From assembly GCA_045533905.1 (NCBI GenBank), contig JAZSIR010000001.1, positions 81,982 through 145,981 of the forward strand: a stretch of 64,000 nt of DNA, written 5' to 3'. Position numbers and translations under genes: made by a program. Of this stretch, positions 37,602 through 48,178 are shown piece by piece. Each line of letters opens with the position of its first letter. Positions within the stretch are counted from its first letter, which is position 1. The notes under the pieces were generated by a model. The model was given only the letters and a program-made list of their open reading frames with translations, made no database searches and was not told where the DNA came from. The DNA is from Clostridia bacterium (GTDB taxonomy: Bacteria > Bacillota > Clostridia > UMGS1883 > UMGS1540).

Positions 37602-39200
37602 TTACCCTTTATAAATCACATAGGTTGCCGGCGGAATCAGCGCTCCGCCATTGCCTTTTGTAAAATCAATTCCCTGTATGACAACTCTGTCCGCAAAAAC
37701 ATCCACCAATAAGCCTTGCGAAGCGGCATACTCCCGATAAAAAGTTCCTCCCCGATTCTCCTTGCGAATGTATGCGCAGGAGGGGCAATGCACCATCGTC
37801 ATCGAAATTCCGGTCTGGTAGAGGTTTGGGTGTATGTACGGGGTGATGCCGTCCGGCCGCACGCCGCCTTCACGCCACAGATCATAATGCGAATGGCCGG
37901 TAAACCATATAACATTCGGGTACCTGCTTATAAGGTCTCGCATAAGAGGCATCTTATAAGCGCCGGACGTTTGAGACATCCCGTCCCCATCCACATCGTA
38001 GGTTCCGCCAAGTGGCAGATGAAAAAATAAAAATACACGTTTTTCCTTATTTTCCTCCAGCTTTTCCGTAAGCCATGCAAGATCGGATCCCCGAAACAAC
38101 TGTGCATAATGCCAGTAGTACATAGGGACAAACAAAAACACATCGTCGCCTTCCGTGAAACTGAAACGAAGCGGCGCACCCACAATTTCTTCCCACACCG
38201 CTTCGGCGGTTTTGGTGCCGTCTCCATAGGCGTTCACGATCTGCCCCATCCCATTTTCGGCGTGAGAGTAGCCGAAAATATTGGCATCGTGGTTGCCGGT
38301 TGTAGCATACACAGGTACGCCCGGCAGGTAGGTATCCGTATAGTCCTTAAAAATCTGAAGCTCGGAAAGCCATTCCCCCGGCGCATTCCCCTCTACGGCC
38401 GTCTCACGTGTCCAACTGCTTGCAACGATATCGCCGTTTATGCAGGCAAAATCCACATCGCGGTTTTTATAAAATGTGAGTGCTCTCTCATAATCGCGCA
38501 GTGAATCAGCAACATCTTTCTTTTTTTCTGCATTTTCACCAAATGCGGTATCCTTCAGGTGGATATCCGATAAAACGCCAAACCGGTAAAGCCGCTTTTC
38601 CCAGACGGCGTAAAGTGTTATATCGGCATTCTCCCGATATATCGCGCCCGCCGCATATTGTGCCTCGCCTGTCGGGGAATTGGACCACCCCTTCAGAATA
38701 CAGCCTTCCTTGGCAGAGGATGCAGCTTCCATCATAGCAGGGATTTCGCCATACTTTTTCTGGCTTTGCAGCTCGGTGTCTACATCCAACATATAGGTGA
38801 TGCGGTATGTTTCCACAAGAGGCAGACTGCAGACCTCTGCAAGCGGCATCATCCCCGATGCCCCTGACCAGATGAACACCTTTGCCAAGGTGTTCTCCGC
38901 ATCTGTTCGCGGCGTGACCGCGATTTCCGTCTCCCCACGGTATATGCGCCGTTGCGCTTCCGTCAGCATCGTACCGGAATACAAAGAAAGAATAATGCTG
39001 CTGCCGACCGGCACATTCTGCGGCACCAGTATAAATTGTTCTCCGTTCTTTTCCGTCCCGGTATATACGCTGCACTTCGCCACTTCTCCCCTGTTTGCGG
39101 AGCCGCCGGCAAGTGCCTCACCGGCAACGCCCCAAAAAAGCAGTGCAGCCAGTATAACAGATAGTAAAGTCGCTAAAAATAATTTCCCTTTATGTCTCAC
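37602..39200 (-). CDS. Secreted metallophosphoesterase with InlB B-repeat-like module
   Basis: Signal peptide; KEG..L.GW...TLYAVW repeat; SDIH, NGD, GNHD, FH, GHSH. Confidence 0.85.
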   Translation of the reverse strand: MRHKGKLFLATLLSVILAALLFWGVAGEALAGGSANRGEVAKCSVYTGTEKNGEQFILVPQNVPVGSSIILSLYSGTMLTEAQRRIYRGETEIAVTPRTDAENTLAKVFIWSGASGMMPLAEVCSLPLVETYRITYMLDVDTELQSQKKYGEIPAMMEAASSAKEGCILKGWSNSPTGEAQYAAGAIYRENADITLYAVWEKRLYRFGVLSDIHLKDTAFGENAEKKKDVADSLRDYERALTFYKNRDVDFACINGDIVASSWTRETAVEGNAPGEWLSELQIFKDYTDTYLPGVPVYATTGNHDANIFGYSHAENGMGQIVNAYGDGTKTAEAVWEEIVGAPLRFSFTEGDDVFLFVPMYYWHYAQLFRGSDLAWLTEKLEENKEKRVFLFFHLPLGGTYDVDGDGMSQTSGAYKMPLMRDLISRYPNVIWFTGHSHYDLWREGGVRPDGITPYIHPNLYQTGISMTMVHCPSCAYIRKENRGGTFYREYAASQGLLVDVFADRVVIQGIDFTKGNGGALIPPATYVIYKG

Positions 39201-39369
39201 TTTCTCTCCTTATCGGCTGCTTCGCCGATATAACCACCGATAATATCGCATCGTCTTTCCGCCATAGACAAGTTCATCTTTTCAAAATCAGTTTCTCTTT
39301 CTCCTCTGCCACTTCTTTGCCAAAGACGGGTAGGCGCCGAAAACAAAAACACGCACACACAACAGCGAT

Positions 39370-41271
39370 TCATTCAAATTTGACTTCTACAATAGCCGCA
39401 CCCATAAGCGGCACCAAAAGCGTGAACGCATCCTCCGTTATACCAACCTCGTACCCCTTTACCTTGGTAATATCCGTTACAGACTTGATTTTTCTGCCCG
39501 TATGAATTTTGGGGCGCGTATAATAATATTCATCGTTTGTGATGATAAAGCGCGAGGTTTTTTCGCCCGTGACAATTTCCTGCACGCGGCACTCCTCTTT
39601 CCCGTCGGAAAGGTAACAAAGGCCGTCATTTATCTCCTGCACACACTGTGCAAGCCTTTCCTCGCTCGGATCGCTGTAATACAGAGGATGCGGGAAGCCG
39701 ATGCCGACGGGATTTAGTTCTTCTGAATAGTCTTTTTTATCCGTTTCGGCAGAAAGATATATTACGTTTCCGTTTTTATAGCTTTGTATCTTTTCCATCT
39801 CGTTCCGCGGCAAAAGGTGCGGATTTGTCACGAGTATATCCCCTTTTACGAAGCCCAGATTCTCTACGTGTGCTGTCTTGAAAACGGCCGCACCTCTTCG
39901 CAGAAGCAGTGTTAAAAGTCTATGGGTGGAAGGCGTTCTGTGTGCAATCAGCGCCTCGATTTCGTTTTGGTTCCTTACATCCGACCATATAACGGTTGCA
40001 CCGGGAACACTTTGCACTTTCTCCACATAGGCATTATCAGCGCAAAGGCGCAGATATCTCCAATCCTCCTCACTAAGCCCGTCGCCAAGGCAGAAGGTAT
40101 TGCCGGAAATGACGGGAATCAGCCCTTCCGGCCGCCAGATAAAGCTCGAAAAAATGGCCGCGCTGTGTTTCGGCAGTGCTGTGGGCAGATGATGCACGAC
40201 ATCGTACTGCTCTTTTGTATCTCTGACCGGATAGAGCGGCACCAGCTTTATATTCTGCATACAAACGCCGGTCAGCATCAGGGATGCACGAAAGGCATGA
40301 TGGATTGTTTTTCGCTCCTCATAGCTTTGTGCATAGCCGGCATTTGCAGGCGTATCAATAATACAGAGCGTAGGCGCGCCGTTTTCGGCAACACATAAAT
40401 CTATAGGCAAAGAGGAAAGCATTTTATATGAAATGCCATAGCGGTACGCAGCTTCCATCGGGTCCTTCGTCCATGTGCTGTTGATAGCAACCTTGAAGCC
40501 TGCATCGTGGATGCCGCATATAACCTTTTCCATATATTTGCCCCAACGCTTGGTGCAAAAAGAAATCCATTCACGCCTTTTATTTTTGGCGATATAGAGG
40601 GCGCGGTCTTCCCCGTCGGGAATTGTGATGCCGGCCTGCGAAAGCATATCGTCCGACATATCTGCCCACTGAAGCGGCAGCCGCGGTCGGCAAATCCCGT
40701 CCGCAAGATGTATGCCGTCAAACCCGTAATCCCCCAGAAATTTTACGGAAGCCTGCAGAAAGAAGTCTTCATAAAAAGTGCCGTCCGCAAAGCGTTTTGT
40801 CATATATACGCCTCTTTGCGGATATGCCTTTCCGTGGAGGCACATCGTTGCCCGTATCTCATCGTGATCGAACTCGCCTTTGGGGCTCATATATTCAAAC
40901 ATACTGATGTAGCTTTCCACGCCGTAGGTATGAAACGCCCTCACAAGGTTTTGCAGCTGCCAGTTTGTCCAGCGTTGCCGTGCACGCTCGTCACTATACG
41001 GTCGTGCCGCATACGAACAAAAATACTCGTCAAGTGCATATTCCGTGTCCATCCCGCGGTGCGTGTTTATAATATCAATACTGGTAACCAAAAGAAAAAC
41101 GCCTGCCGGAATAAAGCCGGTTTTTTGTAAAAAATCTTCCACGCCGCAGTCCGGTTTTTCCGCATCAAAACCTATAAGTTCTATCCAGACATAGTTGCCG
41201 AAGCCTTGCGGCATATGATTCCAGAAAGTGCCTTCCTTGCCGTACATTCCGCCGGTATTATTGAGCATCAT
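39370..41271 (-). CDS. Hypothetical protein, possible glycoside hydrolase-like TIM barrel
   Basis: 633 aa, RBS; YGFDGIHLADG resembles GH barrel strand. Confidence 0.6.
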   Translation of the reverse strand: MMLNNTGGMYGKEGTFWNHMPQGFGNYVWIELIGFDAEKPDCGVEDFLQKTGFIPAGVFLLVTSIDIINTHRGMDTEYALDEYFCSYAARPYSDERARQRWTNWQLQNLVRAFHTYGVESYISMFEYMSPKGEFDHDEIRATMCLHGKAYPQRGVYMTKRFADGTFYEDFFLQASVKFLGDYGFDGIHLADGICRPRLPLQWADMSDDMLSQAGITIPDGEDRALYIAKNKRREWISFCTKRWGKYMEKVICGIHDAGFKVAINSTWTKDPMEAAYRYGISYKMLSSLPIDLCVAENGAPTLCIIDTPANAGYAQSYEERKTIHHAFRASLMLTGVCMQNIKLVPLYPVRDTKEQYDVVHHLPTALPKHSAAIFSSFIWRPEGLIPVISGNTFCLGDGLSEEDWRYLRLCADNAYVEKVQSVPGATVIWSDVRNQNEIEALIAHRTPSTHRLLTLLLRRGAAVFKTAHVENLGFVKGDILVTNPHLLPRNEMEKIQSYKNGNVIYLSAETDKKDYSEELNPVGIGFPHPLYYSDPSEERLAQCVQEINDGLCYLSDGKEECRVQEIVTGEKTSRFIITNDEYYYTRPKIHTGRKIKSVTDITKVKGYEVGITEDAFTLLVPLMGAAIVEVKFE

Positions 41272-41295
41272 AGTTGAAACCTCGCTTCTTTTTCT

Positions 41296-41805
41296 CTATA
41301 AGTCAATATGGTATTCCCCATCTATCAGAGCATAGTTTACTTTATGTTTTTTCGCAAGCTCCAGCACGCGGGCGTTGTCCTTGAGCGTCTCGGCCATTGT
41401 ATACGCCGTATCCGCAAGGCGGTTTTCGATTACATTTGCATATTTCCCGATATCGTCAAAATGTTTTTTTATGTAGCTTTCACTCATAACGAGGCAAGAG
41501 TATTGTATGTGCGGAAGATAGTCTTCCGCAAAATCCTTTTTCCAGTCAAACGGAATATAGCAGCCTTCCACAATAAGATTCTGCGCATTCTCAATGGCCG
41601 TTTTTATCATTTCCCGCACAATGGGCCATAAAAATTCCGTAAGTGCGGCATCGTCACTTTCCGGTGTAAGCTGTGTGTGTCCGCTCCGGATAAGTCCCAT
41701 TTTCAGATGGTCTATGGAAAGATACGGATAGTTATATTTTTCTAAAAGCTTCTGCGCGAGCGCCGTTTTCCCGGTATGGGAGGCGCCTGCGATTAGAATA
41801 ATCAT
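41296..41805 (-). CDS. P-loop kinase (adenylate/2-phosphoglycerate kinase-like)
   Basis: GASHTGKT Walker A, LIVEG. Confidence 0.85.
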   Translation of the reverse strand: MIILIAGASHTGKTALAQKLLEKYNYPYLSIDHLKMGLIRSGHTQLTPESDDAALTEFLWPIVREMIKTAIENAQNLIVEGCYIPFDWKKDFAEDYLPHIQYSCLVMSESYIKKHFDDIGKYANVIENRLADTAYTMAETLKDNARVLELAKKHKVNYALIDGEYHIDL

Positions 41806-41842
41806 CTCTTTCTCCTTACGTGGTCACCTACCGCCGATAGCC

Positions 41843-42883
41843 TTAAATCAAGCCCGAGAGAACCTCTGACACCGCTTTTGCCATAGAGGCAAAACCAAAG
41901 TCTGTGGGATGAATGTTATCCACTGTGCCCTCTTCCTTGCAAAGCGCCGTAAGCGCTGCGCCATCGATAAAATATACATTCTTATCGCCCCGTGCCATCG
42001 CATTTTGGTACGTTTTTTCAACGATGCTACGGCGTACCTTATCCTCTTGTGCCAAGAGATGTTTCGGTCTGGGCATCATAATAACGGGCAAAAGCGGCTG
42101 CGCCTTGCGGAGGGCCAAAAACATTTTTTCGTGCGTAGCGGCCAGATGCTCGACCGAGGGAGCATTATGGTCATAGTCGTACACAAACACGGACATATTG
42201 AGATTTTTAATATAGTCTATCATCTCGTCCTCAGCCTTTGCGCTGCCGGAAAACCCAAGATTTATGTAATCGCACGAAAGCATTCTCGAAACAATCGCCT
42301 GGTAGCTCATGCCGGGTCTTGACGCGCATCCGCCCTGGGTGATGGATGAGCCGTAATACACGATGGGCTTTTCATTTTTATACGGTGTGGCTTTTTCCAA
42401 GGTGGCATCTTCCTGAAGACCTATGTAAAGCTCTTTCACATCGGAATAAAGGGGAAAATTGATAGTTACCTCCTTTTTCCACTCCCTGCCAAAGTTGAAA
42501 ATACCTTCATAGTCATCTTGCAACGAGGACGGCGGCACATAGGTGAACATGTACGTTTTGCCGTCATACACATCAAACCCCGCGGAGCCTGAAAGCGGCA
42601 TGTGGGGCATTTTGCACACCCCGTCCATTTTTGCACGGATGGCAAGGAAGGGACTATCCGTCCGGAATCTGACTCGTCCCCCTGCTGTATTTGTGTGCAG
42701 TGCATACACACCCTCGCTCACTTTTCGGGCTACCTCTGCGGGCATTCGTCTGTATTTTCCGTTTTCCTTGAAAATGCCGTGAATTGCAATCGGCGCCTCG
42801 TCTATTCTATAAAAACGAATATCTTTTTTATGAAGCTTTTTTTCAACCGTAAAATTGCTATCTACCTTTGCGATTTCAGACAT
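41843..42883 (-). CDS. SGNH hydrolase with GxDLY N-terminal domain
   Basis: GFDVY, FPLY, YGSSITQGG, NLGFSG, DNIHP. Confidence 0.9.
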   Translation of the reverse strand: MSEIAKVDSNFTVEKKLHKKDIRFYRIDEAPIAIHGIFKENGKYRRMPAEVARKVSEGVYALHTNTAGGRVRFRTDSPFLAIRAKMDGVCKMPHMPLSGSAGFDVYDGKTYMFTYVPPSSLQDDYEGIFNFGREWKKEVTINFPLYSDVKELYIGLQEDATLEKATPYKNEKPIVYYGSSITQGGCASRPGMSYQAIVSRMLSCDYINLGFSGSAKAEDEMIDYIKNLNMSVFVYDYDHNAPSVEHLAATHEKMFLALRKAQPLLPVIMMPRPKHLLAQEDKVRRSIVEKTYQNAMARGDKNVYFIDGAALTALCKEEGTVDNIHPTDFGFASMAKAVSEVLSGLI

Positions 42884-43127
42884 ATCTCTTTTCCCCTTTT
42901 TAAAACTGTTTCCGGCCTTTCATCTGACTTCAAAGCCATGCTCTATAAAAAGCGGTAATTGTCCGCGAGCTCTTCCATAACCTCTTTTCGTTTCTGCTCG
43001 CCTGTTTCATATGTATCCAGTGCCAAGACTACACAAAAGCGCACACCGCCGCATAAAAGTAGGCATTTTTCCTTTCCTCTTTCTCTTACTCTGCAGAATT
43101 TTGCCCTGTCATGCCCCTGTTTCGGCT

Positions 43128-43969
43128 TTACTGCCGTTCCTGTTCGAGTATGGTATGTAACTTTTTCGCCAAGTGCGCAAACCCCTCGTCATTTGGATGC
43201 AGGCCGTAATCTGCAAAGAATTTTACATCATGGGGAATTAGGTCAGAGCCGGAAATGAAAGTAATATTCGGGATAGTCTCTACCACTTCGCGTATGTCCT
43301 TCTCCACATCTTCAAAAGCGCCAAAGGCTCTTTTTTCATCCTTGTCGCTTCGCCACAGCGGAGAGATGGCGAAGATTTTCGACTCTGTATACTTCTTCGC
43401 CAAAAGGGAGAAAAAGCTTTCGCAAAGCGTTGCCACGTAGCGCTTTGCGGGGTGCAAAGCATCAAATCCCTGCGTTATGGAATCACCAAACGCCATGAGC
43501 TTCTTTTTGGGGCGCACAGCTTCGACAAACGCACCGTCATCCAGCGAAATTTCTTCTATCCATGTTTTGACCGACCACGGAAGGTGCACCACTACATGCC
43601 TTATGCCGTCTGAAAGCGTAAAACACTTTGCAAATTCGCCGTTTTCACATAGTCACGCGGCATTTCCATATGCGAGAAATTGTCAAGACTTCCTAAAAGC
43701 GTGTCATCTACCACAACGTCCACGGCAAAATACTGCCGAAGGGCAGGAATGCTCTCGGTCTTAATTTTCAGTTTCAGGGTTTTGCTGTCTGTTCTAAAGA
43801 AAAATTTCACGCCTGCGGGGCAAAGCGCCTTTTGGTACAGTCCCTCGTTTATAGCCCTATACATTTCTTCCTCCGCGGCGGTACATCTTCGAAAAGACAG
43901 TCCCGAAGCCTCTTCTATGCGTACTGCACCGAGGGTGATTTCCTTTATTTTTTCGTAATGGAGTTTCAT
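43128..43969 (-). pseudogene. SGNH hydrolase pseudogene (frameshift plus internal deletion)
   Basis: Two ORFs join via frameshift near 43645 (NGEFAKCFTLSDGIRHVVVHLPW); GDSITQG and LHPND present but blocks II-III (G..., GTND) missing. Confidence 0.75.
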
Positions 43970-44011
43970 AGTTCTACTTCCTATGCTCTTTTGCGGCAAC
44001 TTATGCGTTAG

Positions 44012-44317
44012 ACTCGTGTCAAGTCAGGAGAACAGTGAATAATAAGAACCATCACGAAATATAACGAAATCAAAGATTTCTATATTTCGGAGAACCTTGA
44101 TACTCGCAAGCTCGTATTAGGACCTACTAACTTTTCCCTATTTTTTCAACTGTTTTTCTTTTAACACTTTTCCTTAGAACCCGCGAGAATACTGGATTTT
44201 CTCGCTCCCGATAGTATATATAAATATTTAAAATCGTCAAACTAATCTTTTAAATTGTATGGACTTGACACGAGTAATTCTATTCCCAAACAACATAACC
44301 GTACCTTTGTTTCAAAT
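44012..44317. mobile_element. Non-coding repeated element (MITE-like) with 14 bp perfect inverted repeats
   Basis: ACTCGTGTCAAGTC (44012-44025) / GACTTGACACGAGT (44262-44275); homologous to 22569-22790. Confidence 0.8.
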
Positions 44318-44344
44318 ACCCTTGTTTCCCTTTAAAACAGGTCA

Positions 44345-45028
44345 TTACTCTGCAATTTTTAAGCCATCATTAAAATAATCTATAATTTGTTGTTCGTATT
44401 TTACAATATCTAACTCAGGTGATAGTTCAATAACTCTTGAGTATGAGTCAATAGATGAACTATTTAATTCGTAAATGCCATCATTTAAGTATTCCTGTAA
44501 AAGTTGGGATAATGTTTGATACATATGCGTTAATTCACCATGAAGAACAACACCTACTTGCCATGCTTCATCTTCAGGAATATTAGAAAGTATACCATCT
44601 AGCTTTTGATCATACAAATATATTTGAGTAAGATACAAATTTATATTTTCATCGAAAAGAAACCGATTTTGAGAAGTAAACTGATGAAATTTAGTTGCCC
44701 ATTCTCCAAATGTATTATGATCTTTTAAAATAGTACAACAACTACTAACTGAACCATTATATCCAACTAAATTTTGTGCCAAATCAGATTCATTTGTTTG
44801 AAACACCAATATTGGCTCTTGAACAATTTCTAACAATTCAGTAGTTACATCAATCTTTTTTTCAGCAACTTTTGCTCTTAATTTTATTTGTTCGACTTTT
44901 TTTGTACTGTTAATATCAATGATATCAGCTATATAAAAGCCAAGAAAAAGTTCTATAATAATAAGCATACAAGAAATTGTAACCTTAAAAATTTTACTAT
45001 TAGCCAGAATTTCAACTATCTTTCTCAT
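44345..45028 (-). CDS. Hypothetical protein, single N-terminal TM (very AT-rich cassette)
   Basis: 227 aa ORF with AGGAG RBS; no recognised motif. Confidence 0.7.
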   Translation of the reverse strand: MRKIVEILANSKIFKVTISCMLIIIELFLGFYIADIIDINSTKKVEQIKLRAKVAEKKIDVTTELLEIVQEPILVFQTNESDLAQNLVGYNGSVSSCCTILKDHNTFGEWATKFHQFTSQNRFLFDENINLYLTQIYLYDQKLDGILSNIPEDEAWQVGVVLHGELTHMYQTLSQLLQEYLNDGIYELNSSSIDSYSRVIELSPELDIVKYEQQIIDYFNDGLKIAE

Positions 45029-45071
45029 CAGTTATTTCTCCTTTTTCTTCTGAAATTTACTCTCAACATTT

Positions 45072-45100
45072 TTCGACACAATTCGACTTTTGTCAAGTCG
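45072..45100 (-). promoter_or_regulatory. Tandem Spo0A-like boxes overlapping junction site / -35 hexamer
   Basis: Minus strand GACTTGACA-aa-AGTCGAA-ttg-TGTCGAA. Confidence 0.5.
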
Positions 45101-45111
45101 GGACTAAAAAA

Positions 45112-45438
45112 CTACTCGTTTTCCGCATCTTCATCCAGTGCTTCGAGGTAAAAACTTACGGGTCTAAATCCGTCATTGCACGAAATCATAGCCGATTTGG
45201 GGTTTTTCATCCATCCGTCGTAGAAATTCTGACCGCCATGCGCCAAAGCCATCACAAAAGGAGACATGCTTTCCCAAGCACTGTTACAAAGTCCATGAGG
45301 TTTTTCCCAGCCGTTTGCAATAAAGACTTGTCCTTCGCTTAAATCACAGGCGTGTTCTATTGGGTTTTCATATTTTTCTATCAAATCATCATACCGTGCC
45401 ATTCGGACTACGGTAATTTTACATTTCTTCATACCCAT
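45112..45438 (-). CDS. TIGR04076 family protein
   Basis: KITV, C...EGQVF, KP.GLC..AW, SCNDGFRPV.F.LE. Confidence 0.88.
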   Translation of the reverse strand: MGMKKCKITVVRMARYDDLIEKYENPIEHACDLSEGQVFIANGWEKPHGLCNSAWESMSPFVMALAHGGQNFYDGWMKNPKSAMISCNDGFRPVSFYLEALDEDAENE

Positions 45439-45474
45439 TCGCCTTCCTTAAAACTAAAATTACGGACGTTTTTC

Positions 45475-46605
45475 TTACAGTCTTCTTGTAACCTTTTCGA
45501 TTTTCTCCATAAAGAAGGCTTCGTAGCGGTCTTCGTCAAGTGCGGTGCGGATTTGTTCCATAAGGTGGTTATAGAAATAGAGGTTATGGAGTACGCAAAG
45601 GCGCATACCGAGCATCTCCCCTGCGCGGAGAAGGTGACGGATATAGGCACGCGAATACCGCTGACAGGCAGGGCACTCGCACCCTTCCTCAATCGGCGCG
45701 GGATCGCGCATATATTTAGCATTATTGAGATTTATAATGCCTTCGTTTGTGAACATATAGCCGTGGCGCGCGTTTCGGCTCGGCATAACGCAGTCGAAAA
45801 AGTCGATACCGCGGCGAACGCCTTCCAAAATATTGGCAGGTGTGCCGACGCCCATAAGATAGCGCGGACGGTCTTTCGGCATAAACGGCTCTACCGCGTC
45901 AATAATGCGGTACATATCCTCGTGGCTCTCACCAACTGCAAGACCGCCGATGGCATAGCCCGGTAAATCGAGCTTTGCAATTTCTTTCATATGTTCGACG
46001 CGAAGGTCGGCATACGTGCCGCCCTGATTGATACCGAAAAGAAGCTGGTTTGGATTGTGGGTGCCTTCCTGCGCGTTGAGGCGCGCAAGGCGTTCCTTAC
46101 AGCGGATGAGCCACCTTGTGGTGCGCTCTACCGATTTCTTTGTATAGTCATAGGGCGAGGGATTTTCTACACACTCATCAAACGCCATCGCAATAGCGGA
46201 GCCGAGATTGGACTGAATCTGCATACTCTCCTCGGGACCCATGAAAATCTTTTTGCCGTCAATGTGCGACTGGAAATATACGCCTTCTTCTTTAATCTGG
46301 CGAAGCTTTGCAAGGGAAAAGACCTGAAAGCCGCCGCTATCGGTTAAGATGGGGCCATTCCAATTCATAAAGCGGCGGAGACCGCCCATATCGCGCACAA
46401 CTTCATCACCGGGACGCACGTGCAGGTGATACGTATTACAAAGCGCGACCTGACATCTTACGCGAGAAAGGTCCTCACTCGAAACGCCGCCTTTAATCGC
46501 CGCCGCCGTGCCCACGTTCATAAATACCGGCGTTTGCACCGTGCCGTGCACAGTTTCAAACTGCCCGCGACGTGCGCGGTTTTCTGTTTTAAGAAGTGTA
46601 AACAT
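45475..46605 (-). CDS. tgt: tRNA-guanine(34) transglycosylase
   Basis: TPVFM.VGT, NTYHL, TDSGGFQVFSL, PRYLMGVG, DCV.P.R, C.C..C Zn site. Confidence 0.97.
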   Translation of the reverse strand: MFTLLKTENRARRGQFETVHGTVQTPVFMNVGTAAAIKGGVSSEDLSRVRCQVALCNTYHLHVRPGDEVVRDMGGLRRFMNWNGPILTDSGGFQVFSLAKLRQIKEEGVYFQSHIDGKKIFMGPEESMQIQSNLGSAIAMAFDECVENPSPYDYTKKSVERTTRWLIRCKERLARLNAQEGTHNPNQLLFGINQGGTYADLRVEHMKEIAKLDLPGYAIGGLAVGESHEDMYRIIDAVEPFMPKDRPRYLMGVGTPANILEGVRRGIDFFDCVMPSRNARHGYMFTNEGIINLNNAKYMRDPAPIEEGCECPACQRYSRAYIRHLLRAGEMLGMRLCVLHNLYFYNHLMEQIRTALDEDRYEAFFMEKIEKVTRRL

Positions 46606-46614
46606 AAAATCCTC

Positions 46615-47634
46615 CTACCGTTCTAAGAACATGGCATCGCCGAAGCTGAAAAAGCGGTAACGTTCCCCTACGGCTTCATTATAGGCGCGAAGCACATCTT
46701 CACGCCCAGCAAAGGCGCTGATAAGCATTAAAAGCGTAGACTTGGGAAGGTGAAAATTCGTGATAATCGCGTCGGTGGCCTTAAAGCGGTAGCCGGGATA
46801 GATGAAAATATCCGTATTGCCGCTTGCGGCGCGCATATGCCCGTTTTCATCGGCTACTGTTTCCACGGTGCGAACGCTTGTAGTGCCGCAGCAAATAACG
46901 CGGCCGCCACGCGCACGGCAGGCGTTTATTTTCTCTGCCGCTTCTTCGGAAACGGTGTAATACTCGCTATGCATCTTATGCTCGGTGATTTCCTCCACCT
47001 TCACGGGGCGGAAGGTGCCGAGACCCACATGCAAGGTTAAAAATGCCGTATCTACGCCCTTTTTACGGATGGCATCAAGGAACGCTTCCGTAAAGTGAAG
47101 CCCTGCCGTGGGCGCCGCCGCGGAGCCGCGCTCTTTTGCGTACACCGTCTGATACATTTCTTTGTCTTCGAGCGTTTTCGTAATATAATGCGGCAGGGGC
47201 ATTTCGCCGAGGCGGTCAAGAATCTCTTCAAACACGCCTTCGTATGTAAACGAAACGATGCGGTTTCCGCCTTCAATAACCTCGAGAATCTCAGCTTCCA
47301 AAACATCGCCAAACACAAATTTTGCGCCCGGCTTTGCCTTTTTACCGGGGCGAAGAGCTACTTCCCAGATACTCAGGTCAATGCGCTTCAAAAGCAAAAA
47401 TTCAATTGCACCGCCCGTCCCCTTTTTCTGGCCGTACAGTCTTGCAGGGATAACGCGCGTGTCATTAAGGACTAAGCAGTCGCCCTCCCGTACGATATCT
47501 AAAAGGTCGGTAAACGTGCCGTGTGTAATTTTTCCCCCGATAAGCGTAAGGAGCCTTGCGGCCGTACGGTCACTTAAAGGCTCCTGTGCAATCAGCTCTT
47601 CGGGTAATGTGTAATCAAAATCCGATAGCTTCAC
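46615..47634 (-). CDS. queA: S-adenosylmethionine:tRNA ribosyltransferase-isomerase
   Basis: [45 protein letters not shown]; GTG start. Confidence 0.97.
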   Translation of the reverse strand: MKLSDFDYTLPEELIAQEPLSDRTAARLLTLIGGKITHGTFTDLLDIVREGDCLVLNDTRVIPARLYGQKKGTGGAIEFLLLKRIDLSIWEVALRPGKKAKPGAKFVFGDVLEAEILEVIEGGNRIVSFTYEGVFEEILDRLGEMPLPHYITKTLEDKEMYQTVYAKERGSAAAPTAGLHFTEAFLDAIRKKGVDTAFLTLHVGLGTFRPVKVEEITEHKMHSEYYTVSEEAAEKINACRARGGRVICCGTTSVRTVETVADENGHMRAASGNTDIFIYPGYRFKATDAIITNFHLPKSTLLMLISAFAGREDVLRAYNEAVGERYRFFSFGDAMFLER

Positions 47635-47638
47635 TTTT

Positions 47639-48178
47639 TTATTCTCCGTAGTTATACCCCAGCAAAAGGAGGTTTTTGTTCTGTTCGAGGACTGCATCCT
47701 TACCGGCCGGCACGCACTTTGCAACGCCTTTTACAAGACCGTCAAAGTCTACACAGCCGGTGGCTTTTACGAATGCGCCTGTCATAATCATATTGGCAAG
47801 CTTTCTTGCGCCTGCTTCGTCTGCCATTTTGGTAGCAGGAATGCGGATAACGGTTACGTCCTTCCGTTCTACCTCTTCTTCAATCAAAGAAGAATCGAGG
47901 AGAATGAGACCGCCGGGTACTACCGCATTTTCGAACTTGCGAAGAGACGGCAAATTCATGGCGATAAGCGCGGTGGGCTTTGTAATGAGCGGCGAGGCCA
48001 CGGGGCCTTCCGACATGATAACATGGCAATTTGCCGTGCCGCCACGTACCTCCGGACCGTAGGACGGAAGCCAGGAAATTTCATAGCCGTTTACAAGGCC
48101 GGTATACGCAAGCACTTTGCCGGCAAACAGAATACCCTGTCCACCAAAGCCTGCAAGAATAATTTCATTACTTTTCAT
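47639..48178 (-). CDS. 2-oxoacid:ferredoxin oxidoreductase gamma subunit
   Basis: AGFGGQG, PSYGPE.RGG. Confidence 0.93.
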   Translation of the reverse strand: MKSNEIILAGFGGQGILFAGKVLAYTGLVNGYEISWLPSYGPEVRGGTANCHVIMSEGPVASPLITKPTALIAMNLPSLRKFENAVVPGGLILLDSSLIEEEVERKDVTVIRIPATKMADEAGARKLANMIMTGAFVKATGCVDFDGLVKGVAKCVPAGKDAVLEQNKNLLLLGYNYGE

